IMG/VR virus record: IMGVR_UViG_3300028569_002232
Location: 1 to 46,615 of that record
Origin: a virus
Lineage: Duplodnaviria; Caudoviricetes
Length of the DNA stretch: 46,615 nt
Direction: 5' to 3' (one strand)
Shown: positions 10,133 through 18,857 of the stretch, in pieces
Position numbering within the stretch: position 1 is the first letter of the stretch
How the letters are laid out: each line of letters begins with the position of its first letter
Translations under genes and position numbers: made by a program
The notes under the pieces: model-generated
Seen by the model: only the letters and a program-made list of their open reading frames with translations
Told to the model about the DNA's origin: nothing
Databases searched by the model: none

Positions 10133-11065
10133 GTGATATTAGATCATCTTAAAAATCAATTTTTTTACTTTAAAAATAAACAAAATATCATAATATACGA
10201 TTGTTTTTTATTCTTTAATGAGAACGATCTATTAGAGATAAGAATCAATGAACTCAAAGACGTAGTGGATTATTTTGTTATATTTGAATCAAACTCAACT
10301 TTTACTAAAAAAAATAAAGGATTCTTATTAGACGAGAAAAGATTTGAAAAATTTAAAACAAAAATCATCTATATAAAAAATCAAGACTGGATTAGATCTC
10401 CTAATCCTTGGTCTTTCGAAACTTATCAAAGGAATAAAATTGCAGATGGTATTATTGGTGCTCAAAATACTGATATGATCATATTATCTGATTTAGACGA
10501 AATTCCTAGAAAACAGGCTTTAATTGAAGCTTTCTGTCAAATATATAAAAATAATAGTAAGTATGTTCGTTTAGAATTAAGTAATTTTAGATATGCTCTG
10601 AACAATATATCAGCAAATAATACAAAAAGTACTAGCGTTATAATAACTAAAAAAGAGAATACAATTTCAATGCAGGAATTAAGGACTAAACAAAAAGCTG
10701 ATATTACGATTTTAAATGCTGGATGGCACTACTCATTTGTAAGTTCTATAGAAAATATAATCTTTAAAATTGATTCTTATTCTCATCAAGAGTATAATAA
10801 ATGGCCTAACAATAATATAGAAAGCATAAAAAAAAGGATTTACAATGGTCAATCAAATTTTGGCCATGAAGAAGATACATATAATAGAATAAAATTAAAT
10901 AAAAATAATTGTCCAAAATATGTCTTGAAAAATAAAGATAAATACGCTAGACTTATGTTTACTAATGAGCAATCAAATATCTGGAGCAAAATTATGTCGT
11001 TATATAATACTAAAATTTGTAGTTTCAAAAAATATACCATGGGGATACGAGATAAATCAAGCTAA
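10133..11065 (+). CDS. second GT17-like glycosyltransferase
   Basis: DCFLFFNENDLLEIRI, ETYQRN, SDLDEIP and AGWHYS motifs; paralogue of 7260-8063. Confidence 0.8.
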   Translation: MILDHLKNQFFYFKNKQNIIIYDCFLFFNENDLLEIRINELKDVVDYFVIFESNSTFTKKNKGFLLDEKRFEKFKTKIIYIKNQDWIRSPNPWSFETYQRNKIADGIIGAQNTDMIILSDLDEIPRKQALIEAFCQIYKNNSKYVRLELSNFRYALNNISANNTKSTSVIITKKENTISMQELRTKQKADITILNAGWHYSFVSSIENIIFKIDSYSHQEYNKWPNNNIESIKKRIYNGQSNFGHEEDTYNRIKLNKNNCPKYVLKNKDKYARLMFTNEQSNIWSKIMSLYNTKICSFKKYTMGIRDKSS

Positions 11066-11309
11066 AAAATTAATACAATTCGAGCCAAATTGTAATTTTT
11101 GGTTTAACATTAAGAAGAAACCTATTAAATCTCTAGAGTGGTTACTATCTTTCGAAGGTAAAAAATATCTATTAAAAGAAAAGTCATTATTAAATATTGA
11201 CAAAGATATAAAAATATCGTATCATTTAGAGAGTAATAAAATAGGGAATGATAAAACAATAAACAAGAAAGTTAAAACATTAAAGGAATTTTTAAATGGC
11301 AAGACCTAA
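10965..11309 (+). CDS. hypothetical protein
   Basis: 114-aa ORF whose end overlaps the recA-like start; it overlaps the upstream gene by 101 nt. Confidence 0.55.
   Translation: MSNQISGAKLCRYIILKFVVSKNIPWGYEINQAKKLIQFEPNCNFWFNIKKKPIKSLEWLLSFEGKKYLLKEKSLLNIDKDIKISYHLESNKIGNDKTINKKVKTLKEFLNGKT
11197..11225 (+). promoter_or_regulatory. internal sigma70-type promoter upstream of the RecA-like gene
   Basis: TTGACA, 17 nt, TATCAT. Confidence 0.55.
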
Positions 11310-12441
11310 AGCAAATATAGAAGAAACTCATAATCAAGATGAGGGCATTAATGATCGGTTAAAAGCATTTTTAAAATCTAATAAAGATGATCACTATAAC
11401 TTCGAAGAAGAAGTCCATTACAAAGTCTCTTCTGGGAGCTTGAATTTAGATTTCGTTATGGGCGGAGGATTTTGCCCTGGATTACATCGATTTATAGGAA
11501 TGAATGAAGGAGGAAAGACTTCAGAAGCACTAGAAGTAATGAAGAACTTCTTAAAAACTGTAAAAAATTCTAGAGGACTCTTAATTAAAGCTGAAGGAAG
11601 ACTTAGCAAAGAGATACAAGAAAGGTCTGGAGTAGACTTTGTTGGCGATCCAGACCTTTGGAAAAATGGAAATTGTTTCGTATTTGAATCTAATATTTTT
11701 GAGACTGTATCAGAGCTTATGCTAGATCTAGTAAGAAATAATCCAGAAAACAATAAGTATCTTTTTATTCTAGATTCTGTGGACGGCTTGATGCCTAAAA
11801 ATGACGCTTGCAAAACTTTATCAGATGCTACAAAAGTAGCTGGTGGAGCAGTAATATCCTCCGTGCTTATGAAAAAGATGTCGATAGCTTTATCTAAAAG
11901 AGGACATATGGCTATTTTTATTAGCCAAGTACGATCTGATATTAAGCTCGATCCATATGCAGCAAATAAAGATATTAGACAAACAACTGCTACTGGTGGA
12001 AATGCTTTATTGCATTATGCGAATTGGATTATAGAATTCGAACCAAGATATAATAAAGATCTTATTTTAGAAAAACCAAATGAAAGATACGATGCCATTA
12101 AGAATAAGATCATTGGTCATACAGCTAAAGTTTCAATTAAAAAGTCCACCAATGAAACAACTAATAATAAAGTGGAATATCCTATCAAGCACGGCAGAAA
12201 ACAAGGTACATCCATTTGGAGAGAATATGAGATTATTGATCAACTTTTAGCTTGGCAATTTATCATTGCTAAAGGGGCGTGGATTACTTGCAGTGATCAG
12301 ATTGTAGAAGAATTAAAAGAAAATGGTCTTGAACTGCAGAAACAGCATCAAGGTATGGACAACTTTAGAAAATATCTCGAAGAGAATGTTAAAATTACAG
12401 ATTTCCTTTTTGAGAAATATAAAAAATTGATAACTGCATGA
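11296..12441 (+). CDS. RecA/UvsX-like recombinase
   Basis: SSGSLNLD..MGGG, Walker A GMNEGGKTS, Walker B FILDSV, IFISQVR and TGGNALLHYA. Confidence 0.88.
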   Translation: MARPKANIEETHNQDEGINDRLKAFLKSNKDDHYNFEEEVHYKVSSGSLNLDFVMGGGFCPGLHRFIGMNEGGKTSEALEVMKNFLKTVKNSRGLLIKAEGRLSKEIQERSGVDFVGDPDLWKNGNCFVFESNIFETVSELMLDLVRNNPENNKYLFILDSVDGLMPKNDACKTLSDATKVAGGAVISSVLMKKMSIALSKRGHMAIFISQVRSDIKLDPYAANKDIRQTTATGGNALLHYANWIIEFEPRYNKDLILEKPNERYDAIKNKIIGHTAKVSIKKSTNETTNNKVEYPIKHGRKQGTSIWREYEIIDQLLAWQFIIAKGAWITCSDQIVEELKENGLELQKQHQGMDNFRKYLEENVKITDFLFEKYKKLITA

Positions 12442-12857
12442 GATTACTGAGCTTGAATGGAAAGCTAGTCAATAAAAACGTTTCAAAATATTTAATAGAT
12501 TGGGATAAACCTAGTAGAAGTAAAATTCAGTTTAATACTAAAAAATTTTTTCAACAATATTGGAAGCATCATATTGTGTACGAAGAATTTCCAGTCTATG
12601 GTTCACTTATGAAGGTAGACATATTGAATGCTACAAAACGAATAGCAATTGAAGTAAATGGCGCACAGCACGACAACTTTAATGAATTTTTTCATAATCA
12701 CTCTAGGATGAATTACTTAAAAAGTATAAAAAGAGATTGCAAGAAAGAAGAATGGCTACAGAAAAACAATTTTAAACTTTTAGAGATTTACGAAAAAGAT
12801 TTAAAGCTATTGTCTGCTAAGTTTTTTCTTGACAATTTCAATATAAGTATTTTTTAG
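12438..12857 (+). CDS. PD-(D/E)XK endonuclease (Vsr/DUF559-like)
   Basis: EEFPV...VD....KRIAIEVNGAQH...RD..KEEW. Confidence 0.75.
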   Translation: MRLLSLNGKLVNKNVSKYLIDWDKPSRSKIQFNTKKFFQQYWKHHIVYEEFPVYGSLMKVDILNATKRIAIEVNGAQHDNFNEFFHNHSRMNYLKSIKRDCKKEEWLQKNNFKLLEIYEKDLKLLSAKFFLDNFNISIF

Positions 12858-12864
12858 TGTAAAT
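12857..12864 (+). promoter_or_regulatory. GTGTAAWT motif
   Basis: GTGTAAAT starting 14 nt before the GTG start at 12871. Confidence 0.45.
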
Positions 12865-12870
12865 TTATGT

Positions 12871-13119
12871 GTGCAAAAAGATTTTCCAAAACAATTATTG
12901 GAGGCACTTAATGAAAACTCTTTCGGTGGATTTATTTTATTTAATTTTAATTCCGAAGGAGATCCTCAAGTGATGACAAAATTTGATAATCAACTCAATG
13001 CTATGGGTCTTCAGCAATATGTTAATTATTGGGCAGAAGCTATTAATACTCTAAATATAGATTGCACAATCAAATCAATTACAGATTTATCCAAAACCAA
13101 AAAGAAGAAAAAAGATTAG
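12871..13119 (+). CDS. small hypothetical protein
   Basis: 82-aa ORF filling the gap between genes, with a Lys-rich C-terminus. Confidence 0.65.
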   Translation: MQKDFPKQLLEALNENSFGGFILFNFNSEGDPQVMTKFDNQLNAMGLQQYVNYWAEAINTLNIDCTIKSITDLSKTKKKKKD

Positions 13120-13148
13120 TTGACTTAGTGCTAAATTGGCACTATACT
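13120..13148 (+). promoter_or_regulatory. sigma70-type promoter, leaderless helicase transcript
   Basis: TTGACT, 17 nt, TATACT; ATG 7 nt downstream. Confidence 0.7.
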
Positions 13149-13155
13149 TAACTAC

Positions 13156-14646
13156 ATGCCCATATACTCGGTTCAAGTAGAACGTCATGTTCTCGGTGGT
13201 CTCATTAGAAATTCAGAAGTTTTTTTTGATGTAGCCAGATTTATATCTGAAAAAGACTTTTATAATGATGTTCACAATACAATATTCTCTTGCATCAAAG
13301 ATGAGCTTAATAAAAATAATAAAATAGATAAAGTATTATTAGCTCAAAAGATTAAAAATCTTGGCATATCCTTTAAAGATGAGATTGATATATTTTCTTA
13401 TATAGATTCTTTAGCGATGACTCAAATCAATCCTCAAGGCACTATAAGTGCTTGTCAGGAATTAAGCAAACTGAAAGTAAGAAGAGAGCTATTTGAAACA
13501 GCTGAAAATGTTAAGAAATATGTTAAAGATAACGCAGAAGATGGAATAGATAAAATAGTATCTAAAGTAGATGAGATTTATAATAATAAGGTAACTCAAT
13601 ATTACCTAGAAGGCGAGCCAGTTAACCTTTTCGAAGAAATGGAAAGTATAATTGAAGAAATTGGCAATAATCCAAAAGAAGAGACTGGATTAAAGACTCC
13701 ATATAACAATTTTAATAATATGTATGGAGGGTTAAAACAAGGGAATATATATTCTATAGTAAGTAGACCAGGACAAGGTAAAAGCACATGGCTTAATGAT
13801 ATATGTTATAAAACTGCTAATGTACATAATAAGAATACCAAAGCTCTTATTCTTGATACAGAAATGAGCACTTTAGATACTCAAATGAGATTAGTCGCAA
13901 GTATTTCTAGTGTTCCACTTTGGTATATAGAAACAGGCAATTGGAGAAAAAATCCAGAAATGATACAAAAGGTAAGAGAGGCTTGGCCAAAGGTCAAAAA
14001 TATGACTCATTATCATTATCATGTTTCAAATAAAAGTATAGATGAAATATCCTCTATTATTAGAAGATGGTATTATACAAAAGTTGGAAGAGGTAACCAA
14101 GCTTTGATAGCTTACGATTATATAAAATTAACTGGAGAAAAAGTAGGCCAAAACTGGGCAGAGCATCAAGCTATTGGTGATAAAATTGATAAACTGAAAA
14201 GAATATCCGAAGAAATAAAGTGTCCAGTTGTTACCGCTATGCAATTAAATAGAACTGGAGAAAATTTTAATCGCAATTCAAGTCAAGTCACGGACGATAG
14301 CTCTGCGATTTCTTTGTCTGATAGAATGCAATGGTTTGCTTCATTTGTTGGAATTTTTAGAAGGAAAACTCAAGATGAAATTCAAGTCGATGGAGAACAA
14401 TTCGGAACGCATAAATTGATAGCTATTAAGACAAGGTTTCAAGGCAGAGAAGGCACAGGGCATCATGATCTAGTTAGAAGAAGAGTCGGTCAAAGTGAAT
14501 TTAAGTATTTTAATAATTATATAAACTTTGATGTGGGTAATTTTAATGTAGAAGAGAGAGGAACTTTAAGAGAAATAGTTGATGCAGAAAATGAAAGACT
14601 AGATTTCGATCAAGGCAGTAACGACCAAGACGGAGAACTGATATGA
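13156..14646 (+). CDS. dnaB: replicative DNA helicase (DnaB family)
   Basis: N-terminal ERHVLGGLI/DFY..H..IF domain, Walker A SRPGQGKST, YDYI and QLNR. Confidence 0.9.
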   Translation: MPIYSVQVERHVLGGLIRNSEVFFDVARFISEKDFYNDVHNTIFSCIKDELNKNNKIDKVLLAQKIKNLGISFKDEIDIFSYIDSLAMTQINPQGTISACQELSKLKVRRELFETAENVKKYVKDNAEDGIDKIVSKVDEIYNNKVTQYYLEGEPVNLFEEMESIIEEIGNNPKEETGLKTPYNNFNNMYGGLKQGNIYSIVSRPGQGKSTWLNDICYKTANVHNKNTKALILDTEMSTLDTQMRLVASISSVPLWYIETGNWRKNPEMIQKVREAWPKVKNMTHYHYHVSNKSIDEISSIIRRWYYTKVGRGNQALIAYDYIKLTGEKVGQNWAEHQAIGDKIDKLKRISEEIKCPVVTAMQLNRTGENFNRNSSQVTDDSSAISLSDRMQWFASFVGIFRRKTQDEIQVDGEQFGTHKLIAIKTRFQGREGTGHHDLVRRRVGQSEFKYFNNYINFDVGNFNVEERGTLREIVDAENERLDFDQGSNDQDGELI

Positions 14647-15299
14647 ACGTAGAACTAATATCAATAACAAAACCAGAAATTAAAGGTATGAAAAATGCAG
14701 AAGATTTGGTTGCATTTTGTGCTAGAGTTAGCAATCCTTCTAATCAAATGAACGTAGAAACTGCGCCAAAGCTTTTAAAATTCTTAATCAATCACAAGCA
14801 TTGGAGTCCGTTTGAATTAGTCGATATGTGTGTTGAAATTAAAACAAGCCGTGGAATTGCAGCGCAAATTCTTAGACATAGATCATTTAGCTTTCAAGAG
14901 TTTAGTCAAAGGTATAGTATCGCAAATGAATTCGAAGACATCGAACTTCGCTTGCAAGGAGATAAGAATAGGCAAGTAGGAGAACACCTTATGCCAACTA
15001 ATACAGATGCATATGATAAAGTTAGCGAACTTCTTGTAGAATCTTTATCGCTTTCCCAGCATTGTTATGATTCAATGATAGAAAATGGAGTAGCTAAAGA
15101 GGTGGCTAGAATGATATTGCCTTTAACCACTCAAACAACTATGTATATGAAAGGCTCATTGAGAAGCTGGATACATTATCTTGAATTGAGAACACAACAA
15201 AATACTCAAAAAGAACATAGACTAATTGCCGAAAGATGCAAAAAAATATTCATTAAAGAGTTTCCAATTATTAGTGAGGCATTAGAATGGAAAACATAA
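14643..15299 (+). CDS. thyX: FAD-dependent thymidylate synthase
   Basis: HWSPFE, RHRSFSFQEFSQRY signature and KEVARMILP. Confidence 0.95.
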   Translation: MNVELISITKPEIKGMKNAEDLVAFCARVSNPSNQMNVETAPKLLKFLINHKHWSPFELVDMCVEIKTSRGIAAQILRHRSFSFQEFSQRYSIANEFEDIELRLQGDKNRQVGEHLMPTNTDAYDKVSELLVESLSLSQHCYDSMIENGVAKEVARMILPLTTQTTMYMKGSLRSWIHYLELRTQQNTQKEHRLIAERCKKIFIKEFPIISEALEWKT

Positions 15300-16195
15300 A
15301 AGAAATACTATCTAATTTAGGGTATGATTTGAAAGAATATTTAAAAGAATACAGAACAAAGCCTCTTTATAGAGACTCAGACAATGAGAACGTATTAGTG
15401 ATATACAAAGATAGTGGAAAATGGATAGACTATAAAGAGAATACAACTGGAAATCTTCAAGACTTAGTAAGAATGACTTTGAATCTTCCTAACAATACAG
15501 AAGCTAAAGAATGGATAAATAAGAAAGTCCAAACTGAAGCATCATATGCAGTCTACAGAAAACCTCAGATTAAACAAGTAAAGTGTTATTCAAATGAAGT
15601 ACTTGATAAATTAATCAAAGATCATTCTTTTTGGAAAAAAAGAAATATTTCAGAAGAGACTATGAATATTTTTAACGGAGGAATACTGACCGAAGGCAGA
15701 ATGAAAGGCAGATACATTTTCCCAATTTTAGATAAGCAAGACAAATTGATTGGAGTGGCTGGTAGAGATATTTTGAATAGAAATGAAAAGTTCTGTCCAA
15801 AATGGAAATTAATAGGAGACAAGATTAATTGGCGTTACCCTTTACAAGTTAATGCAAAGATACTGTCTGAGAGTAAAGAAGTAATCATAGTTGAGAGTAT
15901 AGGAGATATGTTAAGCTTATGGGACGCTGGAGTGAAAAATGTGATTGTTACTTTCGGTCTAGCTCTAAGCGTGAGTATTTTAAATACTTTATTAGTTTTA
16001 AATCCAAACAAAATTTATATATCATTTAATAATGATGAGCTTAAGAATAAAGCAGGAAATTTAGCATCAGAAAAAGCTAAAGAGAAGTTATTAAAACATT
16101 TCGATAGGAACCAAATCCAAATTGCCTTACCAATTAAAAAAGATTTTGGGGAAATGAACAAAGAGGAGATCTTACAATGGAAAAACAATCTTTAA
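15287..16195 (+). CDS. DnaG-like DNA primase (TOPRIM)
   Basis: RYIFPI....LIGVAGR, IIVESIGD and FNND; lies near the helicase. Confidence 0.85.
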   Translation: MENIKEILSNLGYDLKEYLKEYRTKPLYRDSDNENVLVIYKDSGKWIDYKENTTGNLQDLVRMTLNLPNNTEAKEWINKKVQTEASYAVYRKPQIKQVKCYSNEVLDKLIKDHSFWKKRNISEETMNIFNGGILTEGRMKGRYIFPILDKQDKLIGVAGRDILNRNEKFCPKWKLIGDKINWRYPLQVNAKILSESKEVIIVESIGDMLSLWDAGVKNVIVTFGLALSVSILNTLLVLNPNKIYISFNNDELKNKAGNLASEKAKEKLLKHFDRNQIQIALPIKKDFGEMNKEEILQWKNNL

Positions 16196-17136
16196 AAATA
16201 TTATCTGCATCTAGAATTAAAACTCTTGAAACTTGTTCTTGGGTTTACTGGAATAATTATCATATTAAGACTCCACAAAAGTCTAATGATGGAAGCGATA
16301 GAGGCACAATATGTCATACAATTTTTGAGCTTCTTTTAAATAAAAGGCACAAGAAAAACTATAAGAATATCATTAAGAGCAACTCCATAGATGGAGATAA
16401 AGGCGTATCAAAACTTGTTAAAAAATTGTCAGCTAAAGTGAACCTGAATGAAAGTAATTATAAGCTATTAGATGAAATGATATTAGTCGGATTAAAAAAC
16501 GACTTCTTTGGTGAAAATGGAGAAATAATTAAACCAGAATATGCATTTGAAATTAAAAACGATAAGCCTAAATATCATATCCGAGGTTTTATAGATAAGC
16601 CTATTAAAATCAAAAAAGAAATGCATATAATCGACTACAAGAGCTCGAAGTACAAGTTTAGGGGTGATGACCTTGAAGCGAACATACAAGCCATGATGTA
16701 TAGCCTAGCGAGTAAAAAATTATGGCCTAAATTAAAGCCCATTATTAAGTTCCTATTCTTAAGATTCCCCAAGCAACCAATTCAAGAGCTGCAATTTGAT
16801 GAGGATGAAATTAAAGGATTTGAACACTATTTAGAGTATGTTAATGAACATGTTAATAATTTTGACAAAGATAGTGCTCAATCAAATTTTGCCGTAGATC
16901 ATCCTAAGAATAAATGGATGTGTAGCGTAGGCAATTGGAGATGTCCATATAAAGACCCATTTAGTTATCATGTTAAACTTAATGATGCTGGAGAAATAGT
17001 TGAATCAAATTTTACTGGAGAATTTAAAGATGTTAAAGGATTTACAGTAGAGCAAAGGCAATACACTGGATGCCCAAGACATAATAATAATTCGATTAAT
17101 CAAAAATCAAAAGATGCCTTTGACGATTTGACTTGA
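16177..17136 (+). CDS. PD-(D/E)XK exonuclease (RecB/AddB/Cas4-like)
   Basis: LSASRI....C, GTICH..FE, RGFID, IIDYKS, Q..MY and C-terminal cysteines. Confidence 0.82.
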   Translation: MEKQSLKILSASRIKTLETCSWVYWNNYHIKTPQKSNDGSDRGTICHTIFELLLNKRHKKNYKNIIKSNSIDGDKGVSKLVKKLSAKVNLNESNYKLLDEMILVGLKNDFFGENGEIIKPEYAFEIKNDKPKYHIRGFIDKPIKIKKEMHIIDYKSSKYKFRGDDLEANIQAMMYSLASKKLWPKLKPIIKFLFLRFPKQPIQELQFDEDEIKGFEHYLEYVNEHVNNFDKDSAQSNFAVDHPKNKWMCSVGNWRCPYKDPFSYHVKLNDAGEIVESNFTGEFKDVKGFTVEQRQYTGCPRHNNNSINQKSKDAFDDLT

Positions 17137-17161
17137 CCTAGATTATAATATCAGATATAAA
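17120..17161 (+). promoter_or_regulatory. overlapping sigma70-type promoters
   Basis: TTGACG-18-TATAAT (17120-17149) and TTGACC-17-TATAAA (17133-17161); ATG 6 nt after the second. Confidence 0.55.
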
Positions 17162-17167
17162 TAGACA

Positions 17168-17929
17168 ATGAACAATGTTATTCCGCTTTTTAAAAGTCAT
17201 TTTTCTATAGGAAAGAGCATATTAACTCTTAAGCCAGAGAGCGAAACAGATAATGGGCCAGATTCTATTATTCAAATTGCCAAAGACAATAAACTTAAGA
17301 AGGTATTTTTAGTAGAAGATTGCTTTAGCGGTTTCTTACAGGCATACAAGAACTTAAAATCAATTGATATTGATTTAATATTTGGTATAAAATTTGTATT
17401 TTGCGAAGATCACACCAATAAAAGTGAACCAGAACTTAAGAAGCATCACAAAGTGATATTATTTGCAAATGGAGACGAAGGTTATAAGCTGCTTATAAAG
17501 TTGTGGACAAAGGCTAATACGGAAGGATTTTACTATACTCCAAGATTAGATATGAATATTCTCAAAGAGTACTTCAACGATAGCCTAAAGATAGCTTTAC
17601 CATTCTATGATAATTTTATTTTTAATAACTGTTTAAAAGGATATCAATGTGTTCCATTTTTAGAGAATTTTAAACCATCAATTTTTATTGAAGATAACTC
17701 TTTGATATTCGATCCTCTTGTTAAAAATAAAATGCTTGAATATGCGAAATTAAACAATCTTGAATCATTTAATACTAAAAGCATCTATTACAAGAATAAG
17801 AAAGACTTTAAAAGCTTTTTAACTTTTAGATGCATCAATAATAGAACAACACTAAATAAGCCCGAAATAGAACATATGTCTAGCAATGAATTCTGTTTAG
17901 AGAGCTGGAAAGAGCAAAATCATGGATGA
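17168..17929 (+). CDS. stand-alone PHP domain of DNA polymerase III alpha
   Basis: KSHFSIGKS, IDLIFG, ILFANGDEGYKLLIKL.TKA...GFYYTPRLD match the DnaE N-terminal PHP domain. Confidence 0.8.
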   Translation: MNNVIPLFKSHFSIGKSILTLKPESETDNGPDSIIQIAKDNKLKKVFLVEDCFSGFLQAYKNLKSIDIDLIFGIKFVFCEDHTNKSEPELKKHHKVILFANGDEGYKLLIKLWTKANTEGFYYTPRLDMNILKEYFNDSLKIALPFYDNFIFNNCLKGYQCVPFLENFKPSIFIEDNSLIFDPLVKNKMLEYAKLNNLESFNTKSIYYKNKKDFKSFLTFRCINNRTTLNKPEIEHMSSNEFCLESWKEQNHG

Positions 17930-18563
17930 GCATTTATTAAGATTCGATAAAAATAAAACCTTAGTGTTTGTAGATTGCGAGACTTTAAATCTTTGTCTTA
18001 ATTTTTGTCATAATATTCCTTGGCAAGTAGCTATGCTTAAATGCCAAGGCGATAATATCATAGATGGAAAAGATGCGTATTTGAAATGGCAAACAGATTT
18101 GAAGATAAGTAAAGATGCTGCAAAAATAACCAAATACGATCCTAGAAATATACAAAAACACGGCATTGACCCAAAGGCATTTTTCCCTACTCTTAGAGAT
18201 TGGTTAGAGAACGCAGATTATATAATTGGACATAATATATTAGGATTTGATTTATATCTTCTTAGCGAATACTATAAATTCATGAATATGAAACCTTACG
18301 ACTTTCTTTCTAAAGCTATAGACACAAATTTAATTTATAAAGGAATAAAGACTTCAAACGCTTTCGATCCTAAAAAAGAATCTTTGCCAGAATATATGTA
18401 TAAATTATATCACACTAGAGTTAAGAATATTAGAACAAACTTGACCGCAGCTGGAAAAGATCTAGACATTAATCATGATTATGATTCTTTGCACAATGCC
18501 TTGTCAGATTTAGAGCTAAATTTTAAAGTCTGGAATAAAATCAAGCATATGGTTAATATTTGA
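17922..18563 (+). CDS. DEDDh 3'-5' exonuclease (DnaQ-like proofreader)
   Basis: VDCET (ExoI), GHNILGFD (ExoII) and HNALSD (ExoIII). Confidence 0.85.
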   Translation: MDEHLLRFDKNKTLVFVDCETLNLCLNFCHNIPWQVAMLKCQGDNIIDGKDAYLKWQTDLKISKDAAKITKYDPRNIQKHGIDPKAFFPTLRDWLENADYIIGHNILGFDLYLLSEYYKFMNMKPYDFLSKAIDTNLIYKGIKTSNAFDPKKESLPEYMYKLYHTRVKNIRTNLTAAGKDLDINHDYDSLHNALSDLELNFKVWNKIKHMVNI

Positions 18564-18592
18564 TTGCATTTTTCCTAATAGAAATATATAAT
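18564..18592 (+). promoter_or_regulatory. sigma70-type promoter, leaderless
   Basis: TTGCAT, 17 nt, TATAAT; ATG 7 nt downstream. Confidence 0.65.
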
Positions 18593-18599
18593 ACTCAAT

Positions 18600-18857
18600 A
18601 TGGCATCAATGGACAACATCTACGATATTCTAGGTAAACTAGAGAAAGAAAATATAGATTATTTATTTATTACTATTCAGCATGGTAAGACTAATAGTAA
18701 AGCAGATGTATTTTATTCTTTGAATAATGAAGAGAAGTCTTTTGGAGCTCTTAAAGAAGGCTTAAGCGAATTCCAAATAAATATAGACAAATCAATTAAC
18801 AATTTTAAATCAAATAAAAAGCGGAAAAAGAAAAGTAAAGATGACGAAGACAGTTGA
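18600..18857 (+). CDS. small hypothetical protein
   Basis: 85-aa ORF with its own promoter, overlapping the dnaE start. Confidence 0.65.
   Translation: MASMDNIYDILGKLEKENIDYLFITIQHGKTNSKADVFYSLNNEEKSFGALKEGLSEFQINIDKSINNFKSNKKRKKKSKDDEDS

Noticed and set aside
305-11065. Bacterial chromosomal LPS/O-antigen locus
   Set aside because: There are no transport, polymerase or membrane genes, and the cluster is continuous with phage replication genes in strand, style and promoter motifs.
12829-12857. TTGACA as a sigma70 -35 box for the 82-aa gene
   Set aside because: There is no acceptable -10 box at 17-nt spacing (TTTTAG); the GTGTAAAT motif explains the site better.
16177-17136. Cas4 as part of a CRISPR-Cas system
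   Set aside because: No array or other cas genes are present, and the replication context fits a stand-alone phage exonuclease.
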